A DNA stretch of 29,120 nt from an uncultured virus (IMG/VR IMGVR_UViG_3300046167_000780) (IMGVR_UViG_3300046167_000780); one strand, 5' to 3'. Counted from the first letter of the stretch, positions 9,026 to 18,648 are shown. Translations and numbers: made by a program. The notes: generated from the sequence alone by a model not told the origin.

Positions 9026-11282
9026 ACAATTTTGAGAACTTACCGTTGGAGTAATCTTCGTGGATGATTTCAAAGTCACATCCGATGGGAGCGCCTGGAA
9101 TAGAAAGTCCTCTATCCAGTTGTACAAAGTGTAATAACTTTTCTTTATAATGTTCAATTTCGTCCTCTGGAACTTCGGCAAGAATGGAATCGTGCACAAG
9201 TGCAAATATACGTGCTTTCATTCCCTTTGCTTTAATATATTCTCCCATGTCTATCGCGCCAAGGAGGTTAACATCACTAGCAGCAGACTGTACCAAAAAA
9301 TTAAGACCAGAACGAACGCTATGCGAGCGGATGGCCGCATCGGTGGATTCAACGTTGGGTAGCCTACGCTTCCGACCAAAGAAAGAATATATGAACCCGT
9401 TTTGCTCAATAAATTTTTGATTGTCATCAATCCACGCCTTTAGTTTGTGGAAGGCTCTGAAGTAGTCACTAATAACTTCTTGGGCTTCCGATTTTGAAAA
9501 ATGCTTACCACTGTCTTTTGTTACTTGCTCACTGATCTTTGCAGGCCCCGCTCCGTACATAATACCAAAGGTTACGGCTTTAGCGGCCTGTCTTTTGTCA
9601 GGATATAGCTCTGCTACCTGTTCTACTTCGCAAGGCAAGCGAAATACTTTGTGAGCAATCGTACTGTGGAAGTTCCCCCCGCTACGGAACACATCCATAA
9701 GCGCTTTGTCTTCTGCAAGAATAGCGGCTACATATACCTCTGCTGTAGTCAAATCCATTGCGACAATTTTATTACCAGGAGCTGCTTTGATACAACCTTT
9801 TACAGTAGGGTTGTCCCGAGGCAGCTGCTGCATATTTAGTTTACCACTGCTAGATAAACGACCAGAAGTAGTACCATGTAAGTTAAAGCCCGTACGTAGC
9901 CTACTATCTCTATCCAGTTGTGGGATGATTTTATCGAGATAAGTATTTTTGATTTTGGATTTTTGTCGTATATCCAAGATCCGCTTCGGTACATCCGATT
10001 GAAGCGAGAGCTCTTTAAGCACTTCCGCATCAGTAGAGTCTGCGCCCGTGCCAGTCTTTTTTCCAGTCGGAGAGAGGCCAAGATAGTCAAAGAGAAGACT
10101 ACGAAGTTGCATAGTACTATTGGGATTAAAAGGCTTTCCATTTAATTCTTCAAACCTCCGTATTTTTTCGTTTTCATACAGAGCAGCAATAGCTTCGTCT
10201 ATGTCATCTTGCATAGCTTCTTGACCCACAAGTAACCGCATACGGTCGAAAGGAACACCGTTGTCCTGCGTATCAATCAGGAATCGAGTGCCCGGAATGA
10301 GAATGTTATCGTATACCCACTTTAATTTGTGGTTCTGTTTAATCTTTACAAACTTTTCGAAAATCAAAAGTGTACACAAAGCGTCCATGCCTGCGTAGGT
10401 CTTCATTACATCGAAAGGAATATCTCCCCAGTTAAACTGATCTTTAAGAATACCGTGCTCTTTACGGTAACGGTCAATCCAATCATACATTGGCTTCTCG
10501 TAGTCTCCGTAAGGGGTGTACTTCATAGTCAGTTGCTTCAATCCATGCGTTCCAGGATTCTCGTCTATGAGGTAATGGAGCAACATGGTGTCTTCAAACT
10601 GGGGGAATCGAAAGTGAAAGTGGTACTCAAAGAATGCCATATCGAACTTGGCATTATGGAATACTACTGCTTTCTTGTCGAATAGTTCTTGTAGAAGTCT
10701 TTCAGTTTCATCGTCAAAACAATCGGTGTCAATATAAGCGCCAAACTTGTTATTATAAGCAAGGCTGATACCAAGCATATAGCCGTCACGAGGGTATAGC
10801 CCAGTTGTCTCAGAGTCGAGTGCAACATATCCACATTCTTCTGCGATGGCAGCCCGAATAAACTCATTTGCTTCCTCCGTATCTTGTATACCGAACGCAA
10901 TACTACTATCAATTACTACGTCTTCTTTTTCGTCGTTGATATACTCGAGAATGCTTTGCTTGCCAGACTCCCAGACTTTCTTTGCTTCTGGTTTGAATGC
11001 GAGCATAGCAGGGTTGATAATAGGCAAGAACTTCTCTTCTACACGCTTGCCAGAATACTCAGTGACTGAACTGAGTTTGGTGTAATACTTCATAGCATCG
11101 CTACCAACAAGAATGACCCACTCATAGTCATCTGGGTTCATATCAATGTCGCAGTCTCGCTTGAGTACTTTTTTAATATTAGGATCAGAGCACAACTGAT
11201 ACTGGTCAAAGTCCAGTCCGTCGAACTCTTTTGAAAAATTAGTTTTACTTCTTTTGGTTTCTACTAATGCAACCTTAGGCAT
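9009..11282 (-). CDS. pol: Family A DNA polymerase (T5-type) with 3'-5' exonuclease and an extra N-terminal domain
   Basis: Exonuclease motifs DSETTGL, HNAKFD, YAGMD; polymerase motifs TTSGRLSS, DLTTAE, RQAAKAVTFGIMYG, LVHDSI. Confidence 0.97.
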   Translation of the reverse strand: MPKVALVETKRSKTNFSKEFDGLDFDQYQLCSDPNIKKVLKRDCDIDMNPDDYEWVILVGSDAMKYYTKLSSVTEYSGKRVEEKFLPIINPAMLAFKPEAKKVWESGKQSILEYINDEKEDVVIDSSIAFGIQDTEEANEFIRAAIAEECGYVALDSETTGLYPRDGYMLGISLAYNNKFGAYIDTDCFDDETERLLQELFDKKAVVFHNAKFDMAFFEYHFHFRFPQFEDTMLLHYLIDENPGTHGLKQLTMKYTPYGDYEKPMYDWIDRYRKEHGILKDQFNWGDIPFDVMKTYAGMDALCTLLIFEKFVKIKQNHKLKWVYDNILIPGTRFLIDTQDNGVPFDRMRLLVGQEAMQDDIDEAIAALYENEKIRRFEELNGKPFNPNSTMQLRSLLFDYLGLSPTGKKTGTGADSTDAEVLKELSLQSDVPKRILDIRQKSKIKNTYLDKIIPQLDRDSRLRTGFNLHGTTSGRLSSSGKLNMQQLPRDNPTVKGCIKAAPGNKIVAMDLTTAEVYVAAILAEDKALMDVFRSGGNFHSTIAHKVFRLPCEVEQVAELYPDKRQAAKAVTFGIMYGAGPAKISEQVTKDSGKHFSKSEAQEVISDYFRAFHKLKAWIDDNQKFIEQNGFIYSFFGRKRRLPNVESTDAAIRSHSVRSGLNFLVQSAASDVNLLGAIDMGEYIKAKGMKARIFALVHDSILAEVPEDEIEHYKEKLLHFVQLDRGLSIPGAPIGCDFEIIHEDYSNGKFSKLYGDTV

Positions 11283-12108
11283 ATAATCTATCTCTTAGTT
11301 TTGTAACTTGAGTTTCAGCTAATGCACCCGCATCCATGTTCTTATCACCGAACGCAATATTGCGAGTGTCGAGTCCCACTGACTCACATAGCTCACGTAC
11401 TTTAGCAGCTTGTCCTTGACCTGCTTCATCATTATCGAGGAATACATCAACTCCTTCTACGCCAGATACGGCGAGGACTTGTAACTTTTCTTCTGTTACA
11501 TTCTTTACTCCAAAGCAACACACTGCATTCGTGAGTCCTTTGTCATGTAGATTCATTACATCAAAAATACCTTCTACAAGAATGATGCGTCCTTGTATAG
11601 GCTCTACAACAGGGAACAGCGGCATCTTTGCTCCAGGAGGAGTATTAAGATACTTTGGCTGTTGATCGCCCGTAGTTCTTGATTGAAATGATACTATGCG
11701 TCCTGTACGATCTCGTATAGGAAAGCAAATACGTCCTACAAAATCCTTACCGGAATGTATGAACGCTTCGAATTCTTTATAAGTTGCGGGAGCAATACCC
11801 CGCCAATTACCCATGTAGGGAGCATATCCCTCTGGCATTTGTAAACCCACGCTTTCAGCCCTTACCTCGTCAATCTTCTTCTTTAGGAGCTGACGCCTGA
11901 TTTCCATTTTATTTGCTTTTTCTCCAAAGTGAGTAAAGAGATTGCCCTTGTACTCACAGGAGAAACAGTTGAATATACCAGTTACCTGGTCGATACGCAT
12001 ACTTGGATTACGGTCAGGGTGCTCAGGATTGAGACAACTAACCACAAAATCCCCGCCTTTAGGAATGTATGCGATATCTTTTTGTTTGAGTAAATCTTCT
12101 ACGTTCAA
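11275..12108 (-). CDS. DNA primase (zinc finger + TOPRIM)
   Basis: CLNPEH...NPS...CFSC zinc domain; KYLN, LVEGIFD, FLDNDEAG. Confidence 0.93.
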   Translation of the reverse strand: MNVEDLLKQKDIAYIPKGGDFVVSCLNPEHPDRNPSMRIDQVTGIFNCFSCEYKGNLFTHFGEKANKMEIRRQLLKKKIDEVRAESVGLQMPEGYAPYMGNWRGIAPATYKEFEAFIHSGKDFVGRICFPIRDRTGRIVSFQSRTTGDQQPKYLNTPPGAKMPLFPVVEPIQGRIILVEGIFDVMNLHDKGLTNAVCCFGVKNVTEEKLQVLAVSGVEGVDVFLDNDEAGQGQAAKVRELCESVGLDTRNIAFGDKNMDAGALAETQVTKLRDRLYA

Positions 12109-12392
12109 TAGTTTTCATCCACACCAAAGCCAGCGGATGCTAAAGCATCACCATCCCAATCGTCGAGATAGTTTTCGCCGTCATAATAATCATCCTCTAC
12201 TTCTCCGTTGAGCATTTCGTCACACACATCTTGTGCATACTGATAATAGTCAGCGTGCTCATCATCAAAGAGGTGAAAGTATTTTGATAGTCGAGCGAGT
12301 ACTACATCTGCGTGCTCATAGTCACCAGTGTCCATATCTTTCTCGAGCATATCGAATAGATCCATAATTTTAGGTGTGAGTCTACTATTCAT
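12105..12392 (-). CDS. Acidic hypothetical protein (C-terminal DGDALASAGFG motif)
   Basis: Likely start MNSRLTPK at 12392, overlapping the cytochrome c stop (ATGA). Confidence 0.75.
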   Translation of the reverse strand: MNSRLTPKIMDLFDMLEKDMDTGDYEHADVVLARLSKYFHLFDDEHADYYQYAQDVCDEMLNGEVEDDYYDGENYLDDWDGDALASAGFGVDENY

Positions 12393-12745
12393 TGTGTTGG
12401 AAATCCTTCTTGAACAAATACTCCAATCGTGCCAATCTGACCTTCTGTTAAGCTTTGTGCCCAAGGAATCATCATAGCGGCTTGAGGACCGTCTTTGTGT
12501 CCCATTCTATAGTCAATTAACTTACTGATAATTTCATCAGCAGACTGACCTGCTAGAGTTGGACCGATCCCGCCCTGACCCATAGCACCATGGCAAGTAC
12601 TGCACATAGCCCAGGGCTGACGTATATCTTGGAAACGATCGGTGTTAGATGCAAAAGCAGGAAAGACTGTCCACTCTTGCAACGTATCTTGTGCAATTGC
12701 TGTTGGAGCAACTGCAAGTAGTGCTGTCAATAAAACTTTTTTCAT
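12389..12745 (-). CDS. Secreted class I monoheme cytochrome c (c553/c4-like)
   Basis: Signal peptide MKKVLLTALLAVAPTAIA; heme motif CSTCHG; GPTLAGQ; candidate distal Met in QAAMM. Confidence 0.9.
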   Translation of the reverse strand: MKKVLLTALLAVAPTAIAQDTLQEWTVFPAFASNTDRFQDIRQPWAMCSTCHGAMGQGGIGPTLAGQSADEIISKLIDYRMGHKDGPQAAMMIPWAQSLTEGQIGTIGVFVQEGFPTQ

Positions 12746-13038
12746 CTTCTCATCCTTGCGATGTCTTTCATATGTTGTTCGTCTATGATTGGGACGGCGT
12801 TTGATTTGTGCATTGTTCCGATGCCTTTAACCAAGGATCCTGTATATCGCTTTGGTTCTGGCCTAGCGGTAGATGCAGTTGTTGAGGTATTACTTCTGTA
12901 TTCAGGTGTTTCTCGTCGATAAGGTTTTGGAGCGTTAGATTGAACTGCTCGGATAGCTGGTCGAGCGCTTTTAGTATTGCTCTTTTCCTTTTTACGTCCT
13001 GAAGTTGTGTGTCTGATAGAACCATAAAACATTCCCAT
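12742..13038 (-). CDS. Basic hypothetical protein (KGIGTMHKSNAVP motif)
   Basis: Start MGMFYG at 13038 follows a GGGGA RBS; the longer track ORF runs through the promoter. Confidence 0.78.
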   Translation of the reverse strand: MGMFYGSIRHTTSGRKKEKSNTKSARPAIRAVQSNAPKPYRRETPEYRSNTSTTASTARPEPKRYTGSLVKGIGTMHKSNAVPIIDEQHMKDIARMRR

Positions 13039-13069
13039 AAAATAAAAATCCCCGATGATTGAAGTACAT

Positions 13070-13098
13070 ATTATACAGCAAACAGCGGGGATAGTCAA
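13070..13098 (-). promoter_or_regulatory. Sigma70-type promoter
   Basis: TTGACT, 17 nt, TATAAT, upstream A-tract. Confidence 0.85.
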
Positions 13099-13110
13099 GA
13101 ACTTTTTTTA

Positions 13111-14460
13111 TCAGAGGTCGTCAATATCTTCATCAGTTTTGTGTGAACTAGCTTCTCGCTCCTTAGGAGTAAGAGCTGTCTCAGGACCCATTTTCAAAGA
13201 CTCCCAGTCCATAACAGAACTGAAGGACTTCATACTAGCGGCTCTCATCTTCACACAGTTGAAAGTGATGCACTCGTCTTCTTGATCCCAGGTTTCCAGC
13301 GCGTAAGCTGCGTCCGCTGCATCAAGAATACCTTTGGCAAAGCGAGCTTCGCCTGTAGCATCAGTTTGGTAAGGAGAGAATACTGTGCATTCATACTCCT
13401 GTGCCATGGCTTTCAACGCCTTAGAAACTTCAATCTGTTCCGTCCAATCGTACTGCCCTCCTCGCGAGGGTAGGTTGGATCTTTTGACTTGGTTGATATA
13501 GTCTACAATGATAACACCGGCATCCATTTTGCTGACTTTTTTATCCAGCTCAGCCCGTATCTTTGCGAGAGTGAGTCCCGGATCATATACTACATCTAGC
13601 TGTTGAGTCGGGAGAAGCTCGTGCTGAGTAGTAAGAACCCTATGAAACTCTTGGAAGTCTCGCTTTTCTTTGTATTCTTTCAACCGATCCTGGCCTTGCT
13701 GGAAGCGGCTCGCCCACCAGCCAGCCACTTTCTCCCACTCAATCACAGAAAGATTCTGTGTTCGTAGTCGAGAATATGGCACTCCAGTAGCGATAGAACA
13801 ACACCGTTGCAGTATTGATCTACTATCCATTTCGATCGTGAAATAAATAGCTGAACGTCCAGATTGAAATACGTTGTTTGCAATGTTTGCACACGTAAGA
13901 GATTTACCAGAGCCTCTACGACCGCCGACCAGTACCAAATCTCGGGGGGAGAACTTGATTTCATGGTCGTACTCTGCGTTGAGACCAAGACCAATATATT
14001 TACTGATCTCTTCTTCAGGTTCAAATAGCTCAATACGTTGCATACTTTCTTGAGGAACTTCAAGGTCAACCTTGTCCTCAATGTCCAAAACAATCTGATG
14101 AAGCTCTTGCACTGACTCTTCCGCAGACGAAAAGACTACAGAATTATCAATGTAATTGTCAAGAGAGTTAAGGATTTCCTTCTGAGTATATTCATTCTTT
14201 AGATACTCAAGCAAAGCACCGGCATCAACATCTACGTCTATGCCTTCGATAGCGAAGACTTTATCGCGGGTAGGTCCATGACGAATACTTAACTTGAGAT
14301 CATCGAACGAAGGGAACTCATGAAAGCTCTCGCAATGCTTGTCAATTTGACCATAAAGCGTGTGATACTCTACAGGCAGATACTCTTTACGTAGATAACT
14401 CCACGTTTCAAAGTCAGCCGTAGCGATGCACTGCTTTATTAAAGCACTAGAAATATTCAA
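13111..14460 (-). CDS. D6: DnaB-like replicative helicase (T5 D6)
   Basis: GGRRGSGKS, FTIEM, IIVDYINQV, PYQ, ARFAKGILDAAD; TTG start after a GGGGGA RBS. Confidence 0.93.
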   Translation of the reverse strand: MNISSALIKQCIATADFETWSYLRKEYLPVEYHTLYGQIDKHCESFHEFPSFDDLKLSIRHGPTRDKVFAIEGIDVDVDAGALLEYLKNEYTQKEILNSLDNYIDNSVVFSSAEESVQELHQIVLDIEDKVDLEVPQESMQRIELFEPEEEISKYIGLGLNAEYDHEIKFSPRDLVLVGGRRGSGKSLTCANIANNVFQSGRSAIYFTIEMDSRSILQRCCSIATGVPYSRLRTQNLSVIEWEKVAGWWASRFQQGQDRLKEYKEKRDFQEFHRVLTTQHELLPTQQLDVVYDPGLTLAKIRAELDKKVSKMDAGVIIVDYINQVKRSNLPSRGGQYDWTEQIEVSKALKAMAQEYECTVFSPYQTDATGEARFAKGILDAADAAYALETWDQEDECITFNCVKMRAASMKSFSSVMDWESLKMGPETALTPKEREASSHKTDEDIDDL

Positions 14461-14479
14461 TTAAGTTCCCCCGAACATG

Positions 14480-14503
14480 AAAAAGCTGGGCTATGCACCC
14501 AGC
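14480..14503 (-). terminator. Intrinsic terminator after D5
   Basis: GCTGGG-TGCATAG-CCCAGC followed by TTTTT on the minus strand. Confidence 0.75.
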
Positions 14504-14522
14504 CACTTACACAAAAGTGTAA

Positions 14523-15242
14523 TTACTGAGACTTAGCTGCCTTAGCGGCACCATCATAGTCAGCAGCAGTTAGACCACGGCGAGTCAACATAGTCTTTAC
14601 GCCGCGAGCTGTTTTGCCAATCGCTTCTGCGATAGCTTCAACAGTCATAGAAGCAACATCAACGTCTGCCAAAGGATCTACGTTAGAAGAACCCTTAGTA
14701 GTCTCCTGACGAGGAATCGCCTGGATGTCACCTGAACGAAGAAGGCTAAGAGCCTTACCACGAACACTGTTTACAGAACGGTCAAGAGCTTCTGCAATAG
14801 CTTCGACGAATGCACCGTCGTTAACCATTGAAACAAAAGTAGCCTCTTCAGCTTCTGTGTAAGTACGTACACTCTCTACCTTAGGAGCAGGAGCAACGTG
14901 ACCAGTCAATTCCATAGACAAGATTTTGCCTTGGATAGACTTGGGTGAGAACTCTCCCCCTTCAAAGTGCTCAGCGATTTGAGCATATGTGTACTGACCA
15001 GAATTGTCAGTAACGAAGGCGCGAAGAGTAGCTTCTTGAGTCTCGCTGAACGAACGTCCACCGGCTGCAGAAGCAAGTTCTACGTCGTAACCCATCTTTC
15101 GCAGTTTGCTAGAGATAGAACGAGTAGAGGTTTCAAGCTGGTCTGCTGCTTCTGCAACAGTAGCTTGAGAGACGGGGCTTTCGCCACCGACAAAAGAGGT
15201 AAGCGCTTCAGTGCGCTCATCTGTCCACTTAGGAAGTGCCAT
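14523..15242 (-). CDS. D5: T5 D5-like DNA-binding protein with repeated HTH units
   Basis: Repeats of W/F/Y-T/S-xxxE...IAE...RSI/VxxK; C-terminal KTARGVKTMLTRRGL; synteny. Confidence 0.88.
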   Translation of the reverse strand: MALPKWTDERTEALTSFVGGESPVSQATVAEAADQLETSTRSISSKLRKMGYDVELASAAGGRSFSETQEATLRAFVTDNSGQYTYAQIAEHFEGGEFSPKSIQGKILSMELTGHVAPAPKVESVRTYTEAEEATFVSMVNDGAFVEAIAEALDRSVNSVRGKALSLLRSGDIQAIPRQETTKGSSNVDPLADVDVASMTVEAIAEAIGKTARGVKTMLTRRGLTAADYDGAAKAAKSQ

Positions 15243-15243
15243 A

Positions 15244-15999
15244 TTAATTCTCCAAAAAAGATTTGAGATCGGTAACTATAGTTACGCCAGTATCTCTGGC
15301 TTGTCGTGTTTTAGCAGATTCTGTCCCACCTTCATTGATGAGAAAACCTACTTGTTTTGTTAGACTGGACTTGACCTCATAGCCAGCCGCGTTCAAAGCA
15401 CTAGTAGCATCAGCTTTGCTTTTGAAACTCTTCAAGCGTCCACTAATACATACTGTACCTTTACTCACAACAGGCGGAGTAAGGTCAGAAAAATACCAAC
15501 TACAAGGAATAGTATCCAAGAAGAAAGGTAAGTCACTATCTATCCAATCCAATAGATTGTGTGTAGCTTTTGGTCCCAATCCGGCACGCTCACAAGTGTC
15601 TGCATTTATTTGAGAAATATGATTAATAGTCTCAGACAGCTTTAGTGTTGCCGTTTTTCCGATTAGCGGAATACCAAAAGCAGGTAAAAGAAGCTCAAGC
15701 GGAGCATCGAACGAATTCAAGATCTCCGACATGAGCTTAGATGTCACTTTTTCGGACCCCAACGATGCTAAGATACTATCCCGCGAAGAGGTGTAAATTT
15801 CGGAAGGGCAAGTCCAGCCAAGTTTTTTGATAGACGCAGGGCCGAGACCCTTGATCTTCATAGTTTTGGCAAAGTGTTCCACGGCCTTAGCATTCTGTGC
15901 AGGACACAGATGATTACGGCAGTACAGAGAATCATTTACCCATTCTAATTCACTGTCACAAGAAGGACAGTTAGTAGGGAAGTTGATTTCTTGAAACAT
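15244..15999 (-). CDS. ligB: NAD-dependent DNA ligase subunit B (zinc finger, HhH, BRCT)
   Basis: PTNCPSC...YCRNHLC, IKGLGPA, GIPLIG, BRCT VCISG...SAKTRQA. Confidence 0.92.
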   Translation of the reverse strand: MFQEINFPTNCPSCDSELEWVNDSLYCRNHLCPAQNAKAVEHFAKTMKIKGLGPASIKKLGWTCPSEIYTSSRDSILASLGSEKVTSKLMSEILNSFDAPLELLLPAFGIPLIGKTATLKLSETINHISQINADTCERAGLGPKATHNLLDWIDSDLPFFLDTIPCSWYFSDLTPPVVSKGTVCISGRLKSFKSKADATSALNAAGYEVKSSLTKQVGFLINEGGTESAKTRQARDTGVTIVTDLKSFLEN

Positions 16000-16025
16000 G
16001 GACTACTCCGAAAAAGTGAAAAGAT

Positions 16026-16055
16026 ATTATACGACAGAATTGACCTGAATGTCAA
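16026..16055 (-). promoter_or_regulatory. Sigma70-type promoter for ligB-D5
   Basis: TTGACA, 18 nt, TATAAT; the TGA in the -35 box is the ligA stop codon. Confidence 0.8.
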
Positions 16056-16996
16056 GAACTATTTTTCTCAACGTCCACTCGTCTGACGATTCGTGGAATG
16101 ATCTCCCCACTGCGTATAACCTCAACTGAACAACCTATCTCTAGGTTGAGAGAGCGAATGTACTCAATGTTGTGTAGAGTTGCACGGCTCACGAGTGCGT
16201 CTCCCACTTCGACTGGCTCTAGTATGGCAACAGGACTCACGACACCTGATTTGCCTACTTGCCACACAACATCGAGCAATTCTGTAATCACCCCATCCTT
16301 CTGCTCTTTGAGAGCGAAAGCCCCTCGGGGGTGGTGAGCTGTATATCCCATTCTATAAAAAGCATCGTAGTTATCTACTCTAAACACCTCGCCATCCGTT
16401 GGATAGCCAGTTGCATCGAAGTGAGTGATAACTTCAAAGCCGTTTTGGGCCAAATGGTCCATCGCTTCGGAAAGACGCTCGTACTCTACACCTTGAATAT
16501 CGTAGGCTACAAAGACAAGGTCTTTACACCGAGAACGAAATTCGAGTAGGTCTTTGAGATTGAGCGACCCCGCCGCGAAGTTGCGAGCATTTGTGATCGT
16601 ATCGGGCGCTACGACCTCACCAGTAATTTGGAGTTTTCCTTTTATACTGATGACATTTGGCACTAGCTCTTCCAGCTTTAACGTGATGTCACGACCAAGA
16701 TTGCCGTCACCCCGAGTTAAAGCCTGAGCTATATGGCCGTTGACATATTGCAACGACACTGCCGCCCCATCAAGTTTAGGCGTACGCACCATAGGTGACG
16801 TACTAGATTCTACCGCATTTAAATCAAAAACCTTCTGTAGAGAATACATTTTGTATAGGTGTGGAATACCGTCAGTGACAGTATGCCCTACCGTATCGTA
16901 GTTGTACAATCTGGCTAACGCATCAAACTCTGCATCCGATAAAATCGGTGTGCCAGAGTAGTACATTGCCGAAGCCTTTTCAAGAAAATGTTGCAT
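16052..16996 (-). CDS. ligA: NAD-dependent DNA ligase subunit A (adenylation + OB domains)
   Basis: YYSGTPILSDAEFD, MYSLQK, KLDG, LTRGDG, RNFAAGSL, RATLHN, RSGEIIP. Confidence 0.95.
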   Translation of the reverse strand: MQHFLEKASAMYYSGTPILSDAEFDALARLYNYDTVGHTVTDGIPHLYKMYSLQKVFDLNAVESSTSPMVRTPKLDGAAVSLQYVNGHIAQALTRGDGNLGRDITLKLEELVPNVISIKGKLQITGEVVAPDTITNARNFAAGSLNLKDLLEFRSRCKDLVFVAYDIQGVEYERLSEAMDHLAQNGFEVITHFDATGYPTDGEVFRVDNYDAFYRMGYTAHHPRGAFALKEQKDGVITELLDVVWQVGKSGVVSPVAILEPVEVGDALVSRATLHNIEYIRSLNLEIGCSVEVIRSGEIIPRIVRRVDVEKNSS

Positions 16997-17021
16997 ATAG
17001 TTCCCTCACTCAATAAACAAT

Positions 17022-17050
17022 ATTATACAGAAAAAAGGAAACAAAGTCAA
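17022..17050 (-). promoter_or_regulatory. Sigma70-type promoter for ligA
   Basis: TTGACT, 17 nt, TATAAT. Confidence 0.85.
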
Positions 17051-17053
17051 GAA

Positions 17054-17356
17054 CTATTTTGAGTATAAGTCCTTGATAAGTTCACCGAAGTGTTCTTCAA
17101 TGATTTCCTTACTTTCTGCAAGTGATAAGATTTCGACTAGCCCGACGAAAAGATTTCTCGAATTATCAAAATCAAGAGGCATCGCTATACCCTCACTACT
17201 AGGCTTCCATTCTTCGTCAAAGTCCATATAGTACTTACGAACGTGCAAATACTCTATGCCTCTAAACGCATTGATAGAAAGCCTGACCTGTACCTCCTTG
17301 GCCTCATCGTAATGAATTACCTTCTCATAAATCTCAGGTGCTTGGTATAGTTCCAT
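17054..17356 (-). CDS. PC4/p15-like ssDNA-binding protein
   Basis: VRLSINAFRGIEYLHVRKYYMDFDEEWKPSSEGIAMP matches the PC4 family pattern; T5 synteny. Confidence 0.85.
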   Translation of the reverse strand: MELYQAPEIYEKVIHYDEAKEVQVRLSINAFRGIEYLHVRKYYMDFDEEWKPSSEGIAMPLDFDNSRNLFVGLVEILSLAESKEIIEEHFGELIKDLYSK

Positions 17357-17357
17357 A

Positions 17358-17624
17358 TTAATCTCCGTTTTTTAACACGGAGGCTAACGGTACTACACTC
17401 GTCACATTCTGTGGTTTGAGTAGGCGAAAGGAGTCGGTGTCCCAACAAAAAAGCAAAAGAGTCTGTTCAGATTCCTTTGCTCTGTTTTTCTTTTGTTGAA
17501 TGTAGGGCGTGCTGAAGTCCAACGTACAAACATTGTATTTCAACTTATTACTATTCTCACTTCGATAAGTGATAACAGCATCACCGTACTCATCGACGAG
17601 CCGTGCTAGTTCTTCTTTTTTCAC
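17358..17624 (-). CDS. Conserved T5-like hypothetical protein
   Basis: KYNVCTLDFSTPYI...FCWDTDSFRLL; GTG start after AGGAG. Confidence 0.82.
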   Translation of the reverse strand: MKKEELARLVDEYGDAVITYRSENSNKLKYNVCTLDFSTPYIQQKKNRAKESEQTLLLFCWDTDSFRLLKPQNVTSVVPLASVLKNGD

Positions 17625-17685
17625 AAGTGCTCCTAATGAAGCGGGTTGGCAGAATCTTCTCCCGTGCCGACTTGCTTAGGGTGTG

Positions 17686-17702
17686 AAAGGGGCTTGCGCC
17701 CC
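17686..17702 (-). terminator. Hairpin / weak terminator after D3
   Basis: GGGGC-GCAA-GCCCC then TTTC (GNRA loop). Confidence 0.6.
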
Positions 17703-17707
17703 AAGAA

Positions 17708-18067
17708 TTAGCCGTTTACTGCTGCGATGACACCTGCGAAGTACATTGCTGCTTTACCAGTCAACTTGCTGACGATCTCTTCGTCAACGTCTTGACCTGC
17801 ATCTGACAATGCTGCTGTGAGTGCTTCGATAGCTGCTGCTTTAGATACGCGAGTACTAGTTGCTCCACTCGCCTTTGACGTCCCACCAGAGGCGGGGGCT
17901 TTTTTTACATATACACCTGCTTTGGTAAGAACCATTCGAACGCCATTAGGTGACTCTTCGAACTCTGTTGCAATTTCTGCGACGATCTCCATGCTGTTTT
18001 CTGGAGTTGGGTTTTGTGCTTCATAAGCAGCAATAACCTCTGCTTTCTTCTCGTCTGTCCACGCCAT
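17708..18067 (-). CDS. D3: T5 D3-like DNA-binding protein (possible longer start at 18154)
   Basis: MAWTDE...SMEIVAEIA...SPNGVRMVLTKAGVYVKK...RVSKA...SKLTGKAA. Confidence 0.85.
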   Translation of the reverse strand: MAWTDEKKAEVIAAYEAQNPTPENSMEIVAEIATEFEESPNGVRMVLTKAGVYVKKAPASGGTSKASGATSTRVSKAAAIEALTAALSDAGQDVDEEIVSKLTGKAAMYFAGVIAAVNG

Positions 18068-18146
18068 TTTACGTTTCCTTCTAGTTTGTGATTGTGTTGC
18101 TCCAGGACAACTGCCTGTAGCTTGTAGTTGTGCTTGATAAAATCTA

Positions 18147-18638
18147 TCACCCATCTCGGGCTTTCCACTTTAGGTTGTCACCGTCAGTTTCAAACTTAAT
18201 CATTTTCATTGGGTCATCCTCGATGAAATGAATACTTTTAAATGCGATCTCTAGCATTTGAAAATATACTTGTATTGCTTTGCTACGGAACTCTTCATCC
18301 GGCCATAAGTGAAAAGCATTCCAGTACTCTTTTTCAAATCTACATACTCGCACTTGTTGTTGAAGAATAGGATGCAGGCCCATAAACTTTTGCTGTATAT
18401 CCACACACGCTCGTAGTCTCTGACTGCCGCATATCGGATACCAGTTTGGCATTACTAGCAGGGGAGCTTCAATGCCGTTTTTGAACAAATCTTCTACCAA
18501 TTCTTCCTGTACGGGAATACTCTCAAAATTCTGTGCAAAAGGTTCTTGCTCAAGCAACCAGCCTACGGATTTAGTATACCACGTAGTTGGTGGAAAAGCA
18601 ATAAGTTCTGCGGTTTCTTTTTTGATTCTATTCGTCAT
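18147..18638 (-). CDS. Hypothetical protein, possible ParB/Srx-like fold
   Basis: GIEAPLLV...PICGSQRLRA resembles the ParB-N GxxR motif; this is a weak inference. Confidence 0.7.
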   Translation of the reverse strand: MTNRIKKETAELIAFPPTTWYTKSVGWLLEQEPFAQNFESIPVQEELVEDLFKNGIEAPLLVMPNWYPICGSQRLRACVDIQQKFMGLHPILQQQVRVCRFEKEYWNAFHLWPDEEFRSKAIQVYFQMLEIAFKSIHFIEDDPMKMIKFETDGDNLKWKARDG

Positions 18639-18648
18639 TTAAGATACT

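Noticed and set aside
15244..16996. Ligase in two ORFs considered as a pseudogene or intron split
   Set aside because: A split NAD-dependent ligase is a normal T5-family trait; each half has its own promoter and RBS.
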